IMG/VR virus record: IMGVR_UViG_3300042366_000770
Location: 1-44,723 of that record
Strand: one strand, 5' to 3'
Length of the DNA: 44,723 nt
Origin: a virus
Taxonomy: Duplodnaviria; Caudoviricetes
Shown here: positions 38,324 to 44,723 of the stretch, in pieces
Layout of the letters: each line of letters opens with the position of its first letter
Numbering within the stretch: position 1 is the first letter of the stretch
Program-made: the position numbers and the translations under genes
Notes under the pieces: model-generated
Databases searched by the model: none
What the model was told of the DNA's origin: nothing
The model's input: the letters and a program-made list of their open reading frames with translations, nothing else

Positions 38324-38777
38324 CTAATTTAATTCCTTTCAAGTTTTTAATAAATGTAATATCGTCATACATAAGGGATATAAAACTATCCACAAACTTT
38401 TTAATAACCGGTTTCATATGCGAATTGACAATCATAGGGTTTAGTCCACTTGCTCCGCCTTTTGCCCATAACTTAATATGCTTTCTATACGTGCGGTAAT
38501 CTAAAGGTACGTCTGCCACCGGCACTCGTATAATACGATTGAAAACTGCTAACTCACTTTTGCTTGGTCCTAGTTTTTTCAAGTACATATTCTTTAGGAT
38601 GCTAATCGTGGTATAGTCAATCTCAAACACTTTACAATAGTGTTCTAAGAAATAATCAAGTTTTTCATTGGGTATGTCTCGCATAAGGTTAGCGAAAACT
38701 CTATGAAACGCTATCTCGTAAAACCTATCATAGTTGTTGCGTGTAATATCAAACGTCTCTTTATATTTGTATGCCAT
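38301..38777 (-). CDS. Hypothetical protein
   Basis: ATG at 38777 with GGAGA RBS. Confidence 0.7.
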   Translation of the reverse strand: MAYKYKETFDITRNNYDRFYEIAFHRVFANLMRDIPNEKLDYFLEHYCKVFEIDYTTISILKNMYLKKLGPSKSELAVFNRIIRVPVADVPLDYRTYRKHIKLWAKGGASGLNPMIVNSHMKPVIKKFVDSFISLMYDDITFIKNLKGIKLDDTEKIS

Positions 38778-39288
38778 ATTTATCTCCCATTTCTTTCTTA
38801 AAGTTGTTGATGATTGTGCCAACCCATTGTTGAGATAAATTCATTTTATCTGCGATATCTTGTTGAGAAAACTCTTCTACAAAATAAGCGTGCAGAATAT
38901 CACTATGCTTATCGTTCAATAAGTCGTTCATAATCATTTCATATAGTTGTGTGATTGCAGTATCATCATCACTATTGTTATACACATCAATCGGTAATTC
39001 TACCATATTAAGATTGTCATAAAGTTTCATCCGCTTCACATAGTTATAAATAGCGTTGCGGACTGCATTATGCACGTAGGTCGTAAACTTGTTTCGTCCG
39101 TCAAAGGTCAAGGCACATTTATAGATTGCTAAACGCCCCTCTTGAACGAGGTCGTCTCGTTCATTGGGAAACGTTGTCCAAAAACCGGTGCGGTGCAGAT
39201 AGTGATATACAATCGTCTCAGTCGCTTGAATAACTGCATCATAATCTTTATCATCCAACAATTTTACAATCATATCATTAGTAATCAT
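38761..39288 (-). CDS. Sigma-70 family RNA polymerase sigma factor
   Basis: DDLVQEGRLAIYK...FD...KFTTY...VRNAI (region 2); SQQDIADKMNLSQQWV (region 4). Confidence 0.88.
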   Translation of the reverse strand: MITNDMIVKLLDDKDYDAVIQATETIVYHYLHRTGFWTTFPNERDDLVQEGRLAIYKCALTFDGRNKFTTYVHNAVRNAIYNYVKRMKLYDNLNMVELPIDVYNNSDDDTAITQLYEMIMNDLLNDKHSDILHAYFVEEFSQQDIADKMNLSQQWVGTIINNFKKEMGDKYGIQI

Positions 39289-40225
39289 ATAAGTTTAGGT
39301 CTCCATAACTAGAATTAACTTCGTATTGTTTTGCATCACTCTTGATATCGTCAAAGTCCGCTTCAGTAAAGTTGCCTTTATCATCCTTGACAAAGATATT
39401 TATATAGTATCCACTCTCCACCATTTTATCGTCCGTGCCTTTGTAGTACACGATATTGTAAGCATCCGTATAGTAAAGATTATCCGCAGTGATTTCAATC
39501 ATACTGCTCGTGTTTTGCAGTTTAGAAACACCTTCTAAATAATAACCAACCGGAATAGGTTTAAGCAATTCAAACGTGGTCCGTGTCGTTGGGTACGTTT
39601 TGTAAATGTTGGAACGACTAAACTCGTGATTGAGATTTGAGAATAGAATATCGTTGCTATTGTACTTTGTACCCTTTAAGAAACTGCCCACTAATTGTAG
39701 GTCTCCGCTCTTATCTAAAAACGCTAACTTGCTCCAACCGATTTGATTTTCCATAAGTTGTTTACCAAAGTCATTTTTGTAAAATGATTTATTAAGCATT
39801 GACAAAGGTGCTAACACGTCTTGGATATACACCATTGTATCACTCATCTTTGCTTCTTTATCCACTACCACACTTGAGATAATACCATTATGCACCATAC
39901 CCACACTGCACGTAAGGTCTAACGCTTTGAGATATTTCTCATTGCTTGAGATAGGGAACGGATGCGTATTTTGTGGACTAGTACCGCCGTGGGTTGTGAT
40001 GCGGAAATGTAAGACAACCGGTGTATTGACGATATCAATACGCTTCTTAAGTTGTGCAACCGCACGCATCAAGTCATCGTATTTCATAAAACCTTTTTCA
40101 ATATGCACCTTGCCATTTTGGGTATACATAAAACCTGCTCCGTCATTGTTGCTATCCCACATTGCTTTCATTAAGTCGTCATTAGGAAACTGAACACCTG
40201 CTTTTTTAACTGCTACTACACACAT
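39278..40225 (-). CDS. Class II (Ntn) glutamine amidotransferase
   Basis: N-terminal Cys2, N.DGAG, HFR.TTHG, N.HPF, HNG, SDT. Confidence 0.9.
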   Translation of the reverse strand: MCVVAVKKAGVQFPNDDLMKAMWDSNNDGAGFMYTQNGKVHIEKGFMKYDDLMRAVAQLKKRIDIVNTPVVLHFRITTHGGTSPQNTHPFPISSNEKYLKALDLTCSVGMVHNGIISSVVVDKEAKMSDTMVYIQDVLAPLSMLNKSFYKNDFGKQLMENQIGWSKLAFLDKSGDLQLVGSFLKGTKYNSNDILFSNLNHEFSRSNIYKTYPTTRTTFELLKPIPVGYYLEGVSKLQNTSSMIEITADNLYYTDAYNIVYYKGTDDKMVESGYYINIFVKDDKGNFTEADFDDIKSDAKQYEVNSSYGDLNLYDY

Positions 40226-40227
40226 AA

Positions 40228-42060
40228 CTATACCGCCTTTCTTTTATCCCAATACGCAGTTAATTCTGCATAGGGTCTATAGTTAATAATATCATCAAAC
40301 TTGATTTTGTCCAACGCTTCAAACATTGTGTCATTGTTAGGGATATCCTTGACGATGCGTGCTAGATTATCCACAAACTGCATAGATGCTACAAGCGTAC
40401 CGAAATTAAGCGTGCCTTTAAAGATGCGAAACTCAAACGTTTCTGCGTGGATAGTATTCAATGCTACATACTTGTTGCGTGGTGAGTACTGACTACGAAA
40501 CGCAGTGGATAACATAGATTTGGTGCGTGGCGTAGCATTGTTAAACCAACGTGCCATATCCCCAAACCTTGCCCAACGTTCTAACTCTTCAGTACGCCGG
40601 CGTGTAAACTTGACAACGTCTTGGCGTGTTCTTTCTAATAAATATGCGATTTTTGCTCCGTTAATACCTTGAACTGATTTACTGCCAAAGAAATTTCTAT
40701 TGATATGGATATGTAGTCCACACGTAGACGTGTTGTGAGATTTGTATCCCATTTTTGTTAAGTAGTCCATACCTTTTTGCCATTGCATTGTGCGTAAATG
40801 TTTTGCTAACGTCATCGGATGAGAAACGATTTCAAAACCATTATTCAAACTGCCATCCGTTTTTGTAAAGATTGTATCCTTGCCACCACTCATTATATGC
40901 AATGCATAGTTAGAATTGTAGTTGTGTGCATCTTGGTCATAGCGTTGGTCTTCATCCGTGTACTCTTCATCATCCACGTCATTTGGGTTGCGTGTTGACG
41001 TGTCCACTTCTAATTCAATACCCATATAAAGTGGTGTACTTTCGCTATCAAACTTACCAAAGTTTAGCGTGCGTGGGTTGGATGAGTATCCGCCTACATT
41101 GTACTTGTTGGCGGTGTAAACTGCTAAGTCAATACCTTTTGAAACAACGTCATCTGCACACTTGTCGCATAAGTGAGAATTGCCACGAAACTTTATATTG
41201 ATAGGCGTTGCTTCTTTATTAAACAAGGATAGGTCTCGCTTGTCGCAGTCATCACATTTTGGCATCGTGTCATTTACTAGATAAGTCGTTGGCACCGGCA
41301 CGAGTGAGATATGAGAATTTACACGCTCGTTGAAATAGTTAGCAAGTGCAGTTGTAAGATATCCGGATGCTACGCAACGTGGAAACCAAACTAACTCATT
41401 TGCATCCACAAAGAACTTGCCATAAGTACGTCCGCTACGCACGATGAACACTGCATTTTTATCTGCATCCGCTACTTTAAAGTGGTCAATCTCAGTAAGG
41501 TCAAAGGGTTTTGTAAAGATTGGGATGATGCGGTCAAGGTGGTCAAAACTTGTGTTGGTTTTGGATAAGAAATGATTGCTCAATTCCATATCATTATTGT
41601 TGGTAAGGAAATAACGATATTCGTCCGTTGGTGCATTGTTGTTGATAGGGTTAATACGTGTTAACTCATATCGTGTGTCGCTCCAACGATGCTTTGTGAG
41701 TAGATAGAAATTGTCATCAATCTTGAACACGTTAGATTTACTCATCACGTCTTTGATGAGAATTTCACGTGCCTTGCTTAAAACATATCTAATTGCTCGC
41801 ATCGTATCGTATCCGTTGGGTGCAAGTTCGTAGCGGTTAGCAACGTACATATCATCGTTTTTAATCGTGATATTCGTTTTACCGCTTAACTCAATCATCT
41901 CAAACCCACTTGGCGTATTGTCAAGGTTGTACTTGAAATGCGGTAAGTCAATCTTTCTAGTAGGTCCACCGCCGATATGTAGATTGTTGTACGTCAAGAC
42001 AAGGTTGTTGTCTTTCAGTACGCTATTGACTGCATCAAAGAATAGTTTTGTGTAATTCAT
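40228..42060 (-). CDS. Amidoligase (COOH-NH2 ligase) with long N-terminal region and Zn knuckle
   Basis: GIELE, DGSL..GFEIVSHP, TCGLHIH, FEFRIF motifs. Confidence 0.88.
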   Translation of the reverse strand: MNYTKLFFDAVNSVLKDNNLVLTYNNLHIGGGPTRKIDLPHFKYNLDNTPSGFEMIELSGKTNITIKNDDMYVANRYELAPNGYDTMRAIRYVLSKAREILIKDVMSKSNVFKIDDNFYLLTKHRWSDTRYELTRINPINNNAPTDEYRYFLTNNNDMELSNHFLSKTNTSFDHLDRIIPIFTKPFDLTEIDHFKVADADKNAVFIVRSGRTYGKFFVDANELVWFPRCVASGYLTTALANYFNERVNSHISLVPVPTTYLVNDTMPKCDDCDKRDLSLFNKEATPINIKFRGNSHLCDKCADDVVSKGIDLAVYTANKYNVGGYSSNPRTLNFGKFDSESTPLYMGIELEVDTSTRNPNDVDDEEYTDEDQRYDQDAHNYNSNYALHIMSGGKDTIFTKTDGSLNNGFEIVSHPMTLAKHLRTMQWQKGMDYLTKMGYKSHNTSTCGLHIHINRNFFGSKSVQGINGAKIAYLLERTRQDVVKFTRRRTEELERWARFGDMARWFNNATPRTKSMLSTAFRSQYSPRNKYVALNTIHAETFEFRIFKGTLNFGTLVASMQFVDNLARIVKDIPNNDTMFEALDKIKFDDIINYRPYAELTAYWDKRKAV

Positions 42061-42093
42061 ATTGAATTCCTTTCGCTACATATTGTAGCATAT

Positions 42094-42591
42094 TTACTTG
42101 TAATTGTCAAGTACCTTGTGGTATCTTGATTTATCCGCATCCGTACGCAGTTTTTCTGCTTCGTAGTACATACGATAACTTGCGATAGGGTTGTTTTGGA
42201 TATGATAGTTTACATTGGTAATTGCTAGTCGTATAGGCGTGGTCGTCATCATCATTGGGATATTTTTTGGCGGATATTTGAGTGCTTGCCACACTTTGTA
42301 CGTGGCGTGGTCATCCGGTTTTTTGTTGTATCGTTCTGCATATTCTTGCAGTAAGAAATACGTGTGATTTCTTAACCATAGATAGTTGCCCATACTCTCA
42401 CGGACCCAAACTGCAGACGGATGATTTTTGTGCGTTGCCTTGTAGATTGGTAAGTTGCTTGCGTTGTTATCTAACACGTGGTGTGCGGTTGATAATAGTT
42501 GCGTGCTTTCCACAATCATTTTGACAACGTGTTTATTGGTCATTGCCATTGCAGATATTTTTGGGTTATCGTGTAGATAGAATATATTCAT
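42094..42591 (-). CDS. Pyrimidine-dimer DNA glycosylase / endonuclease V-like protein
   Basis: MNIFYL..KHVVKM.VE..QLLSTAH..YK.TH.NHP..VW. Confidence 0.8.
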   Translation of the reverse strand: MNIFYLHDNPKISAMAMTNKHVVKMIVESTQLLSTAHHVLDNNASNLPIYKATHKNHPSAVWVRESMGNYLWLRNHTYFLLQEYAERYNKKPDDHATYKVWQALKYPPKNIPMMMTTTPIRLAITNVNYHIQNNPIASYRMYYEAEKLRTDADKSRYHKVLDNYK

Positions 42592-42696
42592 TTACCACCC
42601 CACAAACTCGTAGATTGCTACGGACCCTAGCATAAGGGTTAGAATTAAGATTGCTCCAAACATTTTTTGTACCTTTCCTTTCTTTCATCTAAACAT

Positions 42697-42725
42697 AGTA
42701 TAACATATTTTGTGTGCCTTGTCAA
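42697..42725 (-). promoter_or_regulatory. sigmaA promoter
   Basis: Minus strand TTGACA-17 bp-TATACT with extended -10 TG. Confidence 0.8.
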
Positions 42726-42880
42726 GTCCCCCTTTGTACTTTCGTAATAAGGTTAGATAGCATCGTCAGTATTGCATCAAGGTCCTTTGCGATTGGATAG
42801 TCCGTGCGACTGATTGCCACTATCACGTCATCAATTTCCGCTTCCGCTACGATTAACTTGTCAATCATTTTTTTGTCCAT
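42722..42880 (-). CDS. 52-aa hypothetical protein (absent from ORF track)
   Basis: MDKKMIDKLIVAEAEIDDVIVAISRTDYPI...; GAAAGGA RBS. Confidence 0.6.
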   Translation of the reverse strand: MDKKMIDKLIVAEAEIDDVIVAISRTDYPIAKDLDAILTMLSNLITKVQRGT

Positions 42881-42909
42881 ATATTTTGGTCCTTTCATTT
42901 ACCATTATA

Positions 42910-43263
42910 TCATAACTCAATTGCTTTGTCAAGTGCCACGTCCCATATTGCCTTTTGATTGAATTCACGTCCGATATTGATTGCCACTTGCCGGTCATTG
43001 AATTGGACAGATAAGTCAATGTATAACTTGCCGTCATTTACCCACAACCCTACGAACGCACCTAGTCCGTCCACGTTAATCTCAGTTGAGATATCTTGCA
43101 TTGCCTTAAGTATTGTAGCATAGTCCGTGTCCGTTGTCAATACCCTTGTAAACTTACTTGGCACACTCACTAGATATCCGTCTTTAATCTTAGCATATTC
43201 TAGTGCCTTTGTCAAGGTGGCACCGCCTTTCGTCATCATCTCGTCTAATCTTTGTTTTGTCAT
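42910..43263 (-). CDS. Early protein, paralog of 173..568; possible SAM-lyase-like fold
   Basis: GGAGG RBS; GGATL, GYLVS, VGLWV..G.LY.D.S, QKAIWD. Confidence 0.78.
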   Translation of the reverse strand: MTKQRLDEMMTKGGATLTKALEYAKIKDGYLVSVPSKFTRVLTTDTDYATILKAMQDISTEINVDGLGAFVGLWVNDGKLYIDLSVQFNDRQVAINIGREFNQKAIWDVALDKAIEL

Positions 43264-43287
43264 AGGTCCTCCAACCTTTCTAAAACT

Positions 43288-43381
43288 ATTATATCATAGT
43301 TTCGTGTTCTTGTCAAGTGGTATGTTTTATCACTTAATTTTCAACGCCACCTATGATATCAGAAAATGCTCTTGGTGTCAA
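43288..43381 (-). promoter_or_regulatory. Two tandem sigmaA promoters
   Basis: TTGACA-17 bp-TATAAT (43316-43288) and TTGACA-17 bp-TATCAT (43381-43353), both with extended -10 TG. Confidence 0.82.
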
Positions 43382-43388
43382 GGGGTCA

Positions 43389-43640
43389 TTTTGTAGGTAT
43401 TTTCGTAGTACAATTTTTACCCATTTTTTGTAGTATGAATATATATACAAAATAGCATATCTCAAAATAAATCGTTATATAGGTTTTAGGTCTCATAACT
43501 TTTTTTGTACTACTTTATATACTACAAAAACACACTTTTGTAGGTATTTTCATATGTATATTTTTTTTGTGCCGGTCAAAAACACCCAAAAACCTATGTA
43601 GTATAATTCGTACTACAAAACGCATTTTGTACTACATAAA
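43389..43640. repeat. AT-rich non-coding region with repeated TTTTGTAG / TACTACAAAA motifs (candidate origin)
   Basis: TTTTGTAGGTATTTTC twice, TACTACAAAA twice, several GTAGTA/TACTAC in both orientations. Confidence 0.55.
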
Positions 43641-43671
43641 GTATGCATACACTGATAGTAGGCATTTAGGA

Positions 43672-43700
43672 ATTATAGCACATTTTGGTCAGTTTGTCAA
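43672..43700 (-). promoter_or_regulatory. Consensus sigmaA promoter firing into the candidate origin
   Basis: Minus strand TTGACA-17 bp-TATAAT with extended -10 TG. Confidence 0.82.
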
Positions 43701-43707
43701 GTGCAAC

Positions 43708-43832
43708 TTAACAAAAACTTAACAATTAGGGTCTTGACAAGGTGCAGATTGGCGTGCTATAATATGAGGGGGGTTTTTAAAAAAAAACTTTACAAAACTT
43801 TACTTGACAAAACTTACGATTGGTGGTATAAT
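43708..43832 (+). promoter_or_regulatory. Two tandem boxed consensus sigmaA promoters, gene-less
   Basis: TTGACA 43734 / TATAAT 43758 (18 bp); TTGACA 43804 / TATAAT 43827 (17 bp); TTAACA-N5-TTAACA at 43708. Confidence 0.82.
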
Positions 43833-43865
43833 ATAGGACTGCCCTTGAAATTGGTACTCATTTCT

Positions 43866-43894
43866 ATTATATCATACTTTTCTCAGTTTGTCAA
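43866..43894 (-). promoter_or_regulatory. Consensus sigmaA promoter, head-on to the + promoter at 43804
   Basis: Minus strand TTGACA-17 bp-TATAAT with extended -10 TG. Confidence 0.8.
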
Positions 43895-43901
43895 GGGGGT
43901 C

Positions 43902-43956
43902 TTAACAGAAACTTTACAATTGAGTACTTGACAAGCAGGCGAAAATGTGTTATAAT
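43902..43956 (+). promoter_or_regulatory. Box plus consensus sigmaA promoter, gene-less
   Basis: TTAACA 43902, TTTACA 43913, TTGACA 43928, TATAAT 43951. Confidence 0.85.
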
Positions 43957-43999
43957 ATAGGGGGGATGCTTTTTTTTTTTAAAAAAAATAGCTAAAAAT

Positions 44000-44030
44000 A
44001 AAAAAAGCACCGGCAGGAGAACCGGTGCTT
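44000..44030 (-). terminator. Intrinsic terminator for 44050..44346
   Basis: Minus strand AAGCACCGG-loop-CCGGTGCTT followed by a T run. Confidence 0.8.
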
Positions 44031-44049
44031 AGGTCATTGGTCTATGTTT

Positions 44050-44346
44050 TTAGCGTATCCACCCCGTGCCATATTGATATCCGATTGACTTTAACGCTTC
44101 CTTGAATTTATCCGCAGATACATAGGCGATATTGTAGCGATAGTTTTTGCCGACGTTGTCGCTGCCCATATGTTTTAACCATTGGGTCGTTTGCTTGCTT
44201 GTGGTTCTACTAAATTTTTGGTCTACTACTAGAATATAATCATCTTTAGCAATTGCAATTGGCGTATAGTATGAGACGAACACTTGAGCACCGCCGGTAT
44301 AGATGATGTCGGATTGGGTATAATTACCCCACGAATTTTTTGCCAT
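44050..44346 (-). CDS. Hypothetical early protein
   Basis: AAAGGAG RBS; SY.TPIA...SRTTSKQ motif recalled from small phage proteins. Confidence 0.78.
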   Translation of the reverse strand: MAKNSWGNYTQSDIIYTGGAQVFVSYYTPIAIAKDDYILVVDQKFSRTTSKQTTQWLKHMGSDNVGKNYRYNIAYVSADKFKEALKSIGYQYGTGWIR

Positions 44347-44375
44347 AATTTTTTCTCCTTTATGGTTATGCTTAT

Positions 44376-44474
44376 ACTATATCATATAGTACTAGCACTT
44401 GTCAAGGGGTGGGTTTCTTTTGTTTTCCCTTGCCTTGATGAATACATAATAACATAATAGGGGCGACTTGTCAA
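44376..44474 (-). promoter_or_regulatory. Two tandem sigmaA promoters for 44050..44346
   Basis: TTGACA-18 bp-TATAGT (44405-44376) and TTGACA-17 bp-TATTAT (44474-44446), both with extended -10 TG. Confidence 0.75.
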
Positions 44475-44491
44475 GGGGTGCGTGTTTTATC

Positions 44492-44546
44492 TTAACAAAA
44501 ACTTTACAATTCACTACTTGACAACCGGTGCGATTGGTGCTATAAT
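44492..44546 (+). promoter_or_regulatory. Box plus consensus sigmaA promoter, gene-less
   Basis: TTAACA 44492, TTTACA 44503, TTGACA 44518, TATAAT 44541. Confidence 0.85.
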
Positions 44547-44723
44547 GTGTGGGGGGCAACTTATATAGGGGTTAAAAAACTTTACAATTCTATGCTTGAC
44601 AAACCTTCCAATTGGTGCTATAATATAGGGGGAGCTATTTTTTTTTTTTTTTTTTTTTTTAAAGCAAATAAAAAAGGCCCCCGAAGGGGCCCGGATGCAG
44701 CTACTTTATTTTATCACCTCCAA
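44533..44723. repeat. Terminal direct repeat / circular overlap, right copy
   Basis: Matches 1-190 with one extra T. Confidence 0.95.

Noticed and set aside
25698-42524. Numerous + strand ORFs inside the replication arm and - strand ORFs inside the structural arm
   Set aside because: Fully nested antisense to motif-bearing genes, Ser/Leu/Phe-rich shadow composition, no RBS.
2404-42591. Alternative genetic code (TGA or TAG recoding)
   Set aside because: Code-11 ORFs tile both arms densely; TAG (4855, 7001) and TGA (18068) end genes right where the next begins.

Overview
Apparently complete ~44.5 kb genome of a tailed dsDNA phage with a podovirus-like gene set. Bases 1-190 are repeated at 44533-44723, so the window closes into a circle or has a terminal repeat. 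Canonical sigmaA promoters and AGGAGG ribosome-binding sites point to a low-GC Bacillota-type host; the lack of a recognisable endolysin raises the possibility of a wall-less, code-11 Mollicute. The + strand arm (2404-25272) carries a metallophosphoesterase, terminase, portal, scaffold, N4-gp56-type major capsid, adaptor/nozzle, tail fibre, three membrane proteins and ejection proteins. The - strand arm (25487-44346 and 173-2081) carries a YqaJ exonuclease, dNK, RuvC-like resolvase, two sigma-like proteins, PolA, primase-helicase, SSB, Sak4-like ATPase, SNF2 helicase, GATase plus amidoligase, a DenV-like glycosylase and small early genes. No integrase was recognised. Main observations: (1) a 79-nt RNA gene (25415-25493, -) that folds like a tmRNA tRNA-like domain (G3.U70, A73, CCA, no D-stem, no anticodon arm) but has no mRNA-like domain; its 5' strand contains the stop codon of an SD-less membrane-protein gene whose transcript starts with an anti-SD-loop hairpin; (2) an early region with about 18 near-consensus sigmaA promoters, eight of them perfect, gene-less, facing against the early genes and preceded by a TTAACA-N5-TTTACA box or half-box; (3) two copies of a compact H-type pseudoknot directly before ribosome-binding sites. 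All functional calls come from motif recognition by eye; no database searches were run.
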